This document shows, piece by piece, positions 1-9,097 of a DNA stretch of 64,000 nt; the first letter of the stretch is position 1, and every line of letters begins with the position of its first letter. The position numbers and the translations under genes were made by a program. The notes below the pieces were generated by a model. The model searched no databases. It was not told the DNA's origin and saw nothing but the letters and a program-made list of their open reading frames with translations. Source of the DNA: Candidatus Dormiibacterota bacterium. Its GTDB lineage: Bacteria; Chloroflexota; Dormibacteria; Aeolococcales; Bog-877. The stretch spans positions 783 to 64,782 of the forward strand of contig JBARIA010000028.1 of NCBI GenBank assembly GCA_049799515.1. The letters are read 5' to 3'.

Positions 1-699
1 GGGATCGGGGAGGTGGTGCTCCGAGTCGATCTCGGCTCTTCGACCTCCAAATCGCTGGCGGCGCTGGCGCTGGCGGCCGAGCCGGACCCGGTGCGCTGTC
101 CCGATCCAGCGATCTCGGAGAGGATGGTGGCCGCCATCGATCTGGCCAAGGAGGAGCGCCAGACCCTGGGTGGAACCTTCATCGCCTTCGCGGCTGGGGT
201 GCCGGTGGGTCTCGGCTCCTACACCCACTGGGATCTGCGCCTGGACGGCCGTCTGGCACAGGCGATCTGCTCAATTCCGGCGATCAAGGGGGTCGAGATC
301 GGTCCGGGGTTCGAACTCTCCTCCCTCACCGGGAGCCGGGGCCAAGACGCCATTCTCGGCTCCCCCGGCAAGCTGGTCCGGGGCTCCAACTACGCGGGAG
401 GAGTCGAGGGAGGAATGAGCAACGGGGAGCCGATCGTCTTGCGGGCGGCGATGAAGCCCCTCTCCTCGACCAGGGCTCCGGCCACCTCGGTGGACCTCAA
501 AACTGGGACCGCAGCCGATCCGCCCTACGTCCGGTCAGATGTCTGCGCGGTACCGGCAGCAGCGGTGGTCGGCGAGGCCATGCTCGGCTGGGTCCTCGCC
601 CAGGCACTCATCGAACGGTTCGGAGGTGACCGACTGGACGCTTCCCTGGCTGCATTCCGACAGGTAGCGGAGCAGCCGATTCCGGGTGCCGGCGAGTGA
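1..699 (+). CDS. aroC: chorismate synthase, C-terminal part (5' end outside window)
   Basis: Frame is open from nt 1. Motifs GVPVGLGSYTHWDLRLDGRLAQAICSIPAIKGVEIG and GGMSNGEPIVLRAAMKP are typical of AroC. Followed by aroKB and aroQ. Confidence 0.9.
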   Translation, partial: GIGEVVLRVDLGSSTSKSLAALALAAEPDPVRCPDPAISERMVAAIDLAKEERQTLGGTFIAFAAGVPVGLGSYTHWDLRLDGRLAQAICSIPAIKGVEIGPGFELSSLTGSRGQDAILGSPGKLVRGSNYAGGVEGGMSNGEPIVLRAAMKPLSSTRAPATSVDLKTGTAADPPYVRSDVCAVPAAAVVGEAMLGWVLAQALIERFGGDRLDASLAAFRQVAEQPIPGAGE

Positions 700-2387
700 G
701 AGAAGTGCTGATGCCGGCTCCAGCTTTGGGTGGTGGCCGGGCCAACCTGGTGCTGGCCGGGTTCAGTGCAACCGGTAAGAGCTCGGCTGGGGCCCTGGCG
801 GCGGAGCTGCTCGAGATGCCCTTGGTGGACCTGGACCAGGTTGCGGAACGCCGCTCCGGGCTGTCCCTGCCCGAGCTCTTCCGCACTCTCGGTGAGAGCC
901 GGTTCCGGAAGCTGGAGGCCGAGTTGCTGAGAGATGCAGCTCGACTCTCGGGAACGGTGATCGCCACCGGTGGGGGTGCCGTGCTGCGGCCGGAGTTCGC
1001 GGCTCTGGCGGCGGGCTCCGTGGTCGCGGTCCTGACCGCCACGCCCCAGGAGATTGAGGCCAGACTGGGAGAGCCTTCCTCTAGACCGCTCCTGGCGGAT
1101 TCTCCCGGGACTCGGATTCGAGAGCTTTTGGCGGAGCGCGCGACTGCCTACTCCGCCGCCGGTCCCGCGCTCGACACAACAGGAAGGAGCATCCGGGAGG
1201 TGGCGGCCCTGGTCGCAGACCGATACCGGTCGGGGGAGGCTCTCCGGTCCCAACCGGTTACCGTCCAGGGACCCCGGGGTGAGTACCCGGTGCTGGTCGG
1301 ATCAGGGGCGGTGGGCCGCCTGGACGAGCTGCTCCGGTCCCTGCTGCCCCAGGTCCGGCGGGTGGTGGTGGTCTTTGACCGGGCAATCGCTGGCAGCGCT
1401 GGTGTAGTTGTCGAAGCTGCCCTGCGGCTGGCCGGCCGGGAGGTTCTCCCGCTGGCCGTGCCCGCCGGCGAGTCCGCCAAGGAGCTCGCCGCCATAGCGG
1501 AACTCTGGGACAGCTTCCAGTCGGTGGCGGTGGACCGGGGTGACCTGGTGGTCGCGGTTGGTGGTGGAGCAGGACTCGATGCCATCGGATTCGCCGCCGC
1601 CACCTGGGGACGGGGAGTGCCGTGGGTCACTGTACCGACCACTATCCTGGCCATGGTCGACGCATCGATCGGGGGCAAGGTGGCAATCGACCGCCCGAGC
1701 GCCAAGAACGCAGTCGGCGCATTTCACCATCCCCGGGCCGTGGTCTGTGACCCGGATCTGCTGGCAACCCTTCCTAGCGAGGTGGCCAAGGACGGGCTCG
1801 CCGAGGTGGTCAAGGAGGCGACTCTGGCCTCGCCGCTGCTGCTCGACGCCATGGTGCAAGCCCCCCCGGTCGGAGATCTGCTGCCTCCCCATCTCAGCTG
1901 GCTGATCGAGCAGTCGGCCCGGATCAAGGCGGCCTACGTGGCAGCCGACCCCGAAGACCACGGCCTGCGCCAGTCCCTGAACCTGGGCCACACGTACGCC
2001 CACGGCCTGGAGGCGGCCAGCGGGTACCGGGTCCCACATGGCCGGGCGGTGGCCGTGGGCCTCGTCGCTGCCTCACGGCTGGGCAGCGGCCTGGGACTCA
2101 CCGAGCCGGGTCTGCCGGCGCAGCTGCAGCGGGCCCTCGGTCAACTCGGGCTCCTCGAACCGCTGCCCGCGCTCGACCGGTCGCGGGTGCGATCAGCTCT
2201 GCTGCTGGACAAGAAGCGGCGTGGTGGAGAGCCCGCCTTCGTGGTGCCAACAACCGGAGGCGCGGCGCTGGTGAGTGGAGTGGAGCTGGACCTGGCCCTG
2301 GAACCGCTCTGGGTATTCCTGGCTGAGGGGGGAGAAGGCCAGCTGGAGCGGTCCGCGGCGGCTGACCCGCAGGAGGTGCCTCGATGA
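696..2387 (+). CDS. aroKB: bifunctional shikimate kinase / 3-dehydroquinate synthase
   Basis: N-terminal P-loop GFSATGKSS with a shikimate-kinase-like 170 aa. The C-terminal 380 aa carry AroB motifs (GGGAGLDAIGFAAATWGRGVPWVTVPTTILAMVDASIGGKVAID). Single uninterrupted frame; GTGA overlap with the aroC stop. Confidence 0.9.
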   Translation: MREVLMPAPALGGGRANLVLAGFSATGKSSAGALAAELLEMPLVDLDQVAERRSGLSLPELFRTLGESRFRKLEAELLRDAARLSGTVIATGGGAVLRPEFAALAAGSVVAVLTATPQEIEARLGEPSSRPLLADSPGTRIRELLAERATAYSAAGPALDTTGRSIREVAALVADRYRSGEALRSQPVTVQGPRGEYPVLVGSGAVGRLDELLRSLLPQVRRVVVVFDRAIAGSAGVVVEAALRLAGREVLPLAVPAGESAKELAAIAELWDSFQSVAVDRGDLVVAVGGGAGLDAIGFAAATWGRGVPWVTVPTTILAMVDASIGGKVAIDRPSAKNAVGAFHHPRAVVCDPDLLATLPSEVAKDGLAEVVKEATLASPLLLDAMVQAPPVGDLLPPHLSWLIEQSARIKAAYVAADPEDHGLRQSLNLGHTYAHGLEAASGYRVPHGRAVAVGLVAASRLGSGLGLTEPGLPAQLQRALGQLGLLEPLPALDRSRVRSALLLDKKRRGGEPAFVVPTTGGAALVSGVELDLALEPLWVFLAEGGEGQLERSAAADPQEVPR

Positions 2388-2830
2388 GGGTTCTGGTGTT
2401 GCACGGTCCCAATTTGAACCTGCTCGGGACCCGACAGCCCGAGATATACGGCACGGCAACCCTGGCGGAGATCGACGCCGCAATCGCCAGCAGGGGAACC
2501 GAGTTGGGGGTAGAGGTCCACTCCGAGCAGTCCAACTCCGAGGGCGCGCTGGTTGATGCCGTCCAGGGCGCCCGCGAGTCCGCCGACGGCATCGTGATCA
2601 ACCCTGCCGGCTACTCCCACACCAGCGTCGCGCTCCGAGACGCCCTGCTGGCAGTTGCGCTCCCGGCTGTGGAGGTCCACCTCTCAAACCCCTCGGCCCG
2701 AGAGGAGTTCCGGCATGTGGACCTGGTAGCGGGAGCGTGTCTGGGGGTGGTGGCCGGATTCGGCCCGGCCGGGTATCTGGTGGCTCTGGAGCAGCTGGTG
2801 GTCCATCTCCGGGGGGTGGCCGACAGCTGA
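2384..2830 (+). CDS. aroQ: type II 3-dehydroquinate dehydratase
   Basis: MRVLVLHGPNLNLLGTRQPEIYG and INPAGYSHTSVALRDA motifs; ATGA overlap with aroKB. Confidence 0.92.
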   Translation: MRVLVLHGPNLNLLGTRQPEIYGTATLAEIDAAIASRGTELGVEVHSEQSNSEGALVDAVQGARESADGIVINPAGYSHTSVALRDALLAVALPAVEVHLSNPSAREEFRHVDLVAGACLGVVAGFGPAGYLVALEQLVVHLRGVADS

Positions 2831-2897
2831 TCGGCACCTCTGGTCCGGGTGGATGGCGGAGTCAGCTTAGCTTTCGTTCAACCAGGACAATGACCAG

Positions 2898-3752
2898 GTG
2901 GAATTCGCCTTCAGCATCGACCCTGCTCAGGCCCTCAGCCCCGGCGACGAGTTGGACTGCGTCCGCCTGGCCGCTGAGCTCGGGTACCGGTCCGCCTGGA
3001 CTCCCAGTCGCGGCGACGCCTCGGCATTTGATCGGTGCCTGGCCTGGCACCGAGCCTCCGGCCTCGCGACCGGGGTCGCGGTGGTACCGGCCTCGAATCA
3101 GCCCCCGGAGTTCTACGCCCAGCTAGCGAGGAGAGTCTGGGACGCGTGCCGAGGGAACTTCGTACTGGGAGTGGGCAGCGGACAGATGGCCCACGCCTCT
3201 CGCGAGATGGTCCCATACATCACGACGCTCCGCCGACTGCTGCCGCCCGACCTACCCATCTACCTGGCGGCGCTGGGTCCTCGGATGCTTCAGCTGGGTG
3301 GCGAGCTCGCTGATGGGATCGCGCTCAACTGGTGCTCGGCGGACCAGGTGGCTTGGTCCCGGGCCGAGGTGGCGCTGGCCGCCTCTCGGGTCGGACGGCC
3401 AACTCCACCGATCGCCGAATACATCAGGACCGCCGTGGACCCCGATCCGAACGTTGCGGCCCAGGTTCTGGGGGAGGCGATGCTGGGGTATGCCCTCGGC
3501 CCCAGCGCCTACCGCCGGCACTTCGAGAGGATGGGGTTCGCCGGGGAGTTGGCCGGAGTAGAGAGCGCCCAGTCCGAACCCGGCCCGGTTTTGCTCTCGG
3601 CGGTTGGCGCCTCCGGTGCGCCTGGGGCGGTGCGCCAGCGGTTCCTCGACCTGACCCGAGGGTTGGACTGCGCGATCGTCCGGGTGCTGGTGAGCCGGCC
3701 TGGGGACGCCGAATCGGCCCGCCGAGTACTTGAGGAGTGCCGTCCAGGCTAA
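2898..3752 (+). CDS. luciferase-like monooxygenase (LLM) class, probably F420-dependent oxidoreductase
   Basis: LLM-like features: LGVGSGQ, LAALGPRMLQLGGELADGIALNW. Length 284 aa. Confidence 0.75.
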   Translation: MEFAFSIDPAQALSPGDELDCVRLAAELGYRSAWTPSRGDASAFDRCLAWHRASGLATGVAVVPASNQPPEFYAQLARRVWDACRGNFVLGVGSGQMAHASREMVPYITTLRRLLPPDLPIYLAALGPRMLQLGGELADGIALNWCSADQVAWSRAEVALAASRVGRPTPPIAEYIRTAVDPDPNVAAQVLGEAMLGYALGPSAYRRHFERMGFAGELAGVESAQSEPGPVLLSAVGASGAPGAVRQRFLDLTRGLDCAIVRVLVSRPGDAESARRVLEECRPG

Positions 3753-3836
3753 CCCGCTTTGATCTGCGCTCGGGGTCTTGCCTCAGAACGCGTTGGCCCG
3801 AACTCGACCTTATGTTGCGAGGCAACCCGGACAGGA

Positions 3837-4775
3837 TCATCGAAAGTCGTCGATGCCCTCCGAGCCCGCGTAATCGATTCCATACTTGTCGACGAAGCCC
3901 CAACAGTCCGGCCGCGAACCATCGACGTCGGTGACGTCATAGGTATCGGCCAGCTGTCTCGCCGTCAGGACCTGCCCGGCGAATCGACGGGCGTCAGAAT
4001 CCGCCGCGAGGGCTGCGACCCCACGACCGATGTAAGTGGGAGATTCCGAGATGGCGAATCCTGGTCTCTCTCGGCACGCGTCGCGCCAGTTCTCCTCGCG
4101 CACACCGAAGTCCTCCAGCATCCTCTCAGAACGCAGCCAGCCGGGCGTGACGCCGAGCGCGACCACGGGCAGATCGGCGAGTTCGACGTTGAGCCCCTTC
4201 ACGACGCGGTCGATGCTTCCTTTCACGAGGTCGTAGTAAAACCCAACATTGCGGCGAAAGTTCGCGTTGAACTTCGATGTGCCGTCGGTCACCTCGATCA
4301 CCATGCCCGACTTTCCCTTGAGTAGTAAGGTCATCGCCTTGGTGATCGTGATCAAGTGAGTGTCCACTCCCACCCGGAGCATCCGCAGGCCACCTTCCAG
4401 ATCGTGTTCCCAAAGTGGCTTGTCCCACTGCATGTAGCGGTCGCCGCCGAAGATGTCGTTCACGAGGATGTTGAGTTCCCCCTGCTCCCGCCCGATCAGC
4501 TCAACAAGTGCTTCCACTTGTCGAGGTTCGAGGTGGTCCACTGGAAGCGACTTTCCCTCGCCCCCTGCCTGCTTCATCAGGGCCTCGGTTTCCTCTATCG
4601 TCTCGGGGCGGCCGAGTTCGGAAGGCCCGGTCATGCGGCTGCTGCGCCCCGTCGCGTACACGAATGCACCCGCGCGAGCCAGCTCCACGGCGATGGCTCG
4701 GCCAGCACCCCGAGTCGCTCCTGCGACAAGGGCAACTCGGTCTTTGACTGGCCTGCTCGGGATCACGGGAGCCAT
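3837..4775 (-). CDS. SDR family oxidoreductase (atypical long form)
   Basis: N-terminal Rossmann motif VALVAGATRGAGRAIAVELARAG; 312 aa. Confidence 0.8.
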   Translation of the reverse strand: MAPVIPSRPVKDRVALVAGATRGAGRAIAVELARAGAFVYATGRSSRMTGPSELGRPETIEETEALMKQAGGEGKSLPVDHLEPRQVEALVELIGREQGELNILVNDIFGGDRYMQWDKPLWEHDLEGGLRMLRVGVDTHLITITKAMTLLLKGKSGMVIEVTDGTSKFNANFRRNVGFYYDLVKGSIDRVVKGLNVELADLPVVALGVTPGWLRSERMLEDFGVREENWRDACRERPGFAISESPTYIGRGVAALAADSDARRFAGQVLTARQLADTYDVTDVDGSRPDCWGFVDKYGIDYAGSEGIDDFR

Positions 4776-5119
4776 GTCACCCTCCTGGATCGCCAGGCCC
4801 CGCGCTGTCGGGGATCGGATCGGGGTCTGTAGCGCTGCTTGCTGGTTGCCTTATTCTCCCGCGCTCGTGACTAGCCCACAAGCGCCTAGGGCTGCTCGAG
4901 AGTTCGTCTAGCCCCGCAGAGTTCCCTCGGCTGCTCTGCTCAATTCGGTTTCCATTCCTCGCACGTTCTCTGGGAGGTCGAGGCACTCTGCGGACGCGCG
5001 GGGCTCCTGGGTGACGGCCAGCTGGGAGAGGGGCGTAGGAGCCGGGTCCGCTGGGAGGGGCCAGCGCTGGGTGGCTCCCGGGCCCGGCCTATTTGGTATC
5101 CCACGCACTCCTTGTGCTA

Positions 5120-5133
5120 CGAACAAGTGTTTG
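5120..5133 (+). promoter_or_regulatory. candidate LexA (Cheo-type SOS) box upstream of the helicase gene
   Basis: CGAACAAGTGTTTG matches the Gram-positive consensus CGAACRNRYGTTYC at 13 of 14 positions. It lies 14-27 nt upstream of the ATG at 5147. A further TGTTCG at 5141-5146 is the exact complement of CGAACA at 5120-5125. Confidence 0.35.
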
Positions 5134-5146
5134 GTATGTTTGTTCG

Positions 5147-7633
5147 ATGAGTCAGAGGGTGCGGCAAACCGTCCTTCCGGAGCGCCCGGCCTCAACCTGG
5201 TCGGAGATCCTGAACGACCCCGAGCTGAGGTCGCGAATAGTTCTGGACCGGCTGATCCCGGCCAAGGAGGCCGAGTACCGACCCGTTCCCGGTGATATTC
5301 ATCCTCAGCTGCGCGACGGGCTACAGCGTCATGGGATCGCGGCCCTGTACACGCACCAGGTGGAGGCCATTGAACTGGCCATGGCCGGACGGAGCCTGGC
5401 AGTGGTTACCCCCACGGCATCTGGCAAGTCGCTCTGCTACCTGATCCCGGTCCTCGACGCCATCGCCAAGGCGCCCGAGTCCACCGCCATCCTTATGTAC
5501 CCCACCAAGGCTCTGGCTCAGGACCAGCTCACCGAGCTGCGCGGGCTCAGTGATGCCGCGGAGCTGGAGCTGCGTACCTTCACTTACGACGGCGACACCC
5601 CACCGGGCGCCCGGAGCGCCCTGCGCCAGGCTGGCCAGGTCGTGCTCACCAACCCCGACATGCTCCACACCGGGATCCTGCCCCATCACACCCAGTGGGT
5701 CCGTCTCTTCAAGGGCCTTCGCTACGTGGTCCTGGATGAACTCCACACCTATCGAGGCGTCTTCGGCAGCCATGTCGCCAACGTGATCCGACGCTTGGAT
5801 CGGATCTGCGCCTTCTACGGTGCGAAGCCGACCTACATCTGCTGCTCTGCCACCATAGCCAATCCCAAGGAGCTGGCCGAGCGGTTGTTGGGTCGCCAGG
5901 TTGAGTGCGTCGACCGGAACGGGGCACCGGCTCCGGCCCGGAGGGTGGTGGTGCTCAACCCGCCGATCGTCGAACCACGGCTGGGGATCAGACGGAGTGC
6001 AAGCCGCGAGGCCACCGGGTTGGTGCCGCAATTGGTCCGGAGTGGATCGCAGACGATTGTCTTTGGACAGACTCGGTTGCAGGTCGAACTCCTGCTCAAC
6101 TACCTGCGCCGGGAGCTGGAGAGTCCCGGAATGGCGAGCCAGGCCACTCTTCAGCACGAGGTCCGGGCGTACCGAGGGGGCTACCTGCCGCTCGAGCGGC
6201 GGGCGATTGAGTCCGGGCTCCGCACCGGTGCGGTGCGCTGCGTGGTCTCCACCAGCGCCCTGGAGTTAGGCATCGACATCGGCCGTCTCGATGCCGCAGT
6301 TCTGGTCGGTTACCCGGGAACCATTACCAGTACTTGGCAGCGTCTGGGCCGGGCGGGTCGCCGCAACGAGCCCGCTCTGCAGATGCTGATCACGGGTGGC
6401 GGTCCACTCGACCAATACCTGGCCAAGCATCCCGATTTTCTGCTGGACCGTTCGCCGGAGCATGCCTTCGTCGACCCGGACAACCTGCTCATTCTGGCGG
6501 GCCATCTTCAGGCGGCTATCTTCGAGCTTCCTCTGCGGGACGGTGAACCGTTTGGCCCAAGCGACGATGGCGAGCTGCTCGAGGTACTCCAGGAGGATGG
6601 GCTTATCCACCACTCCGGTGGCAGTTGGCACTGGGCCGCTGACGCCTTCCCGGCTGACGCCATCAACCTGCGCACGGCCGCCGCCAGCAATGTGGTGATC
6701 CTGGACACCGCGGTTGACGCGCAAGCGTCCTCGCAGGGGCCGCAGGGCCCCTTCTCGGGGAGCTCGGGCGGGCACTCAGGCGCTGGCTCACGGGTGGTGG
6801 GAGAGCTGGACGAGTGGTCGGCTCCCTTGTTGGTCCACGACGACGCCATCTACATGCATCAGGGAAGGCAGTACCACGTCGAGCGGTTGGACTGGGAGGA
6901 GCGGCGTGCCTATGTGCATCCGGTCTCGGTGGATTACTACACCGACGCCGATCTGCGGGTCGGCCTGCAGGTTCTAGAACGCATGGCCGGTCCGGTCTCG
7001 GACCAGGGACGGCTCACCTCGCGGGCGCATGGCGAGGTCCGGGTCAGCGTCCTCGCTGCCATGTACCGGAAGATTCGCCTGCTGACCAATGAAACAGTTG
7101 GTGCAGGGCCGATCCGGGTGCCTGAGCGTGATCTGCAGACCACCGCTTACTGGTGTTCGTTCGCGGCGGCGACGCCCGCATTGACCGGAACGCTCGAGGT
7201 CGGGGTGGAGGCAGTCGGTCATGTGCTGGGGCAGGTGGCCTGCTTCCTGGCCATGTGTGACCGCCGCGACCTCGGCGTGGTGGCCCAGGTCAGAGCTTCA
7301 TTGGGCTCCATCACTGCTCAACGGATCGTCCCCGCGCAGTCGGAGTTCATGCCTGGGGACCGGCCGCCGGTGCAGCCGGCCGGTATCCCTGAGGCGCCGG
7401 CCAGTAGTCGGGATGACCCACCATCGGTGTTCATCTACGACGTCCATCCCGGTGGAGTTGGGCTCAGCGCCCGTCTCTTCGATCTGCATGCCCAGCTGCT
7501 CGAGGCGGCGGCCAGCTTGCTCCGGGACTGCGACTGCGAGGCGGGTTGCCCAGCCTGCGTCGGTCCGGTGTCCGGAGTGGAGCCACAGGCCAAGGCCACG
7601 GCACTGGCCCTGCTGGAATCGTGCGGCTGGTGA
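5147..7633 (+). CDS. mrfA: DEAD/DEAH-box helicase with C-terminal DUF1998 four-Cys domain (MrfA/YprA-like)
   Basis: Walker A TPTASGKS, DELH box (VLDELHTYRG), helicase C motifs, and a C-terminal CDCEAGCPACVGP zinc-type motif. Start set at the ATG at 5147 (MSQRV) rather than 5093. Confidence 0.8.
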   Translation: MSQRVRQTVLPERPASTWSEILNDPELRSRIVLDRLIPAKEAEYRPVPGDIHPQLRDGLQRHGIAALYTHQVEAIELAMAGRSLAVVTPTASGKSLCYLIPVLDAIAKAPESTAILMYPTKALAQDQLTELRGLSDAAELELRTFTYDGDTPPGARSALRQAGQVVLTNPDMLHTGILPHHTQWVRLFKGLRYVVLDELHTYRGVFGSHVANVIRRLDRICAFYGAKPTYICCSATIANPKELAERLLGRQVECVDRNGAPAPARRVVVLNPPIVEPRLGIRRSASREATGLVPQLVRSGSQTIVFGQTRLQVELLLNYLRRELESPGMASQATLQHEVRAYRGGYLPLERRAIESGLRTGAVRCVVSTSALELGIDIGRLDAAVLVGYPGTITSTWQRLGRAGRRNEPALQMLITGGGPLDQYLAKHPDFLLDRSPEHAFVDPDNLLILAGHLQAAIFELPLRDGEPFGPSDDGELLEVLQEDGLIHHSGGSWHWAADAFPADAINLRTAAASNVVILDTAVDAQASSQGPQGPFSGSSGGHSGAGSRVVGELDEWSAPLLVHDDAIYMHQGRQYHVERLDWEERRAYVHPVSVDYYTDADLRVGLQVLERMAGPVSDQGRLTSRAHGEVRVSVLAAMYRKIRLLTNETVGAGPIRVPERDLQTTAYWCSFAAATPALTGTLEVGVEAVGHVLGQVACFLAMCDRRDLGVVAQVRASLGSITAQRIVPAQSEFMPGDRPPVQPAGIPEAPASSRDDPPSVFIYDVHPGGVGLSARLFDLHAQLLEAAASLLRDCDCEAGCPACVGPVSGVEPQAKATALALLESCGW

Positions 7634-9057
7634 CCACGCAACTTCGGCTCAAGATCGAGGCGCTCCAACGGGGCCGGAGTTGGGCTTCAGCTCCGTCAGG
7701 CAGCGATGACCGCTGGCTGGCGCTCGGACCGGCTATCCCGCCGCGGAGCGGGCGGACCCCCGACGGCGCCGTGGCGGAGCTTGGCTTCACCTGGGACGGG
7801 TCTCGCTCCCTCTGGGTGCGCCGCAACAGCCTCCGACTCGACGAGCTGGAGATAGATTTGAGGGCGCTCGCGCCAGCCGCTCTCCGGTCGCTCTCCCCCC
7901 TGGTAGGTGGTCAGCTGGACGGTCCGCTCGTCTGCTTCGATCTGGAGACGACTGGCCTCCAGCGGGGGACCGGCACGGTGCCGTTTCTCTACGGATGGGC
8001 GCTGGTCTCTGGCGACCGGGTCGAGGTCGAGCAGTGGCTCCTTCCCGACTTGGGCCAGGAGGGCCCCCTGGTTGCGGCGGGGCTGGAGATGATCAGGCGC
8101 GCCGGTCTCGTGGTCACCTACAACGGTGCCAGCTTCGACCTCCCCCTCCTCAGGACCCGCACTGTGATGACGGGACTGGAGAGACCCTGGCCGGCCACCC
8201 CTCATCTCGACCTTCTGCCACTGGTGCGTCGCCTCTTTCGCCACCGGCTGAGCCGTTGCAGTCTGAGGAGGGCGGAGGAGGAGTTGCTGGGACGCCCTCG
8301 AGAGGGAGATGTCCCCGGCAGTGAAGCTCCCGAGCGTTATCGAGGCTTTCTCCGAGACGGAGACCCGGCGCCACTGGAGCCGGTGTTGCGGCATAACCGT
8401 CTGGACCTCCTCTCGCTGATCCGACTGATCGACCACCTGGAACGACACCTCGAAGTAGCGCGGCCCCACCCCTCCGACTGGTACAGCCTGGGGCGGTATG
8501 CGGAGGACCGGGGCAACCTGGAGCGGGCTGACGCTCTCTACCTGGGCGCCGAGTCCGAGTCCCCGCCACCGCTCGATCGGGCCGCCGCGCTTCGCCGAAC
8601 CAGGATGCTGCGGCGCCAGGGTCTCGACGGAGAGGCCCGCGCCGCTTGGGAGGCGATCTGGGATCGGTGGCGCGATCCTGAGGCGGCCGAGGCGCTATGC
8701 GTCGACATGGAGCGCCGGACCGGCGACTTGGCGGGCGCTCTGGCGCTTGCCCAGGAGGCCCTCGCCACTGCAGCGGTGGGCTGGGATCGTAGGTTCGCCA
8801 AGCGGATCTGGCGACTCCAGGCTCGGCTCGAGAGCAGAGGCCTGTTGGAGAAGGTGAACCTCCCAACGCTGGCCGAGCCTGCACCGGATGCCCCCCGGCG
8901 CCCCTGGGCCGCCTGGCTGCCGGGCGGAACCTCTTACGAGGCGTGGCTGACCCTGAAGCGTGGTCGAGTCGGCCGAGCGACCACCACCATGGGCGCCGCC
9001 AGCCCGGTGGCTACCCGCAGGGTGTCCCTGGCCAGGGGGGTCAATCGGGAGCGCTGA
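7621..9057 (+). CDS. mrfB: RNase H-like (DnaQ-fold) exonuclease with TPR-like C-terminal region (MrfB/YprB-like)
   Basis: LVCFDLETTGL...VTYNGASFDLPLL exonuclease motifs and an Ala/Leu-rich helical repeat tail. GTG at 7621 overlaps the helicase stop by 13 nt. Confidence 0.7.
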   Translation: MRLVTTQLRLKIEALQRGRSWASAPSGSDDRWLALGPAIPPRSGRTPDGAVAELGFTWDGSRSLWVRRNSLRLDELEIDLRALAPAALRSLSPLVGGQLDGPLVCFDLETTGLQRGTGTVPFLYGWALVSGDRVEVEQWLLPDLGQEGPLVAAGLEMIRRAGLVVTYNGASFDLPLLRTRTVMTGLERPWPATPHLDLLPLVRRLFRHRLSRCSLRRAEEELLGRPREGDVPGSEAPERYRGFLRDGDPAPLEPVLRHNRLDLLSLIRLIDHLERHLEVARPHPSDWYSLGRYAEDRGNLERADALYLGAESESPPPLDRAAALRRTRMLRRQGLDGEARAAWEAIWDRWRDPEAAEALCVDMERRTGDLAGALALAQEALATAAVGWDRRFAKRIWRLQARLESRGLLEKVNLPTLAEPAPDAPRRPWAAWLPGGTSYEAWLTLKRGRVGRATTTMGAASPVATRRVSLARGVNRER

Positions 9058-9097
9058 CCCACCATCTCGACGATGGTTTCACCTGGTCGACTAGCCG

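Noticed and set aside
5134-5147. A second full LexA box formed with the TGTTCG at 5141-5146.
   Set aside because: The expected GAAC half-site 4 nt upstream is GTAT, so only a half-site is present. It is treated as part of a larger dyad, not as an independent box.
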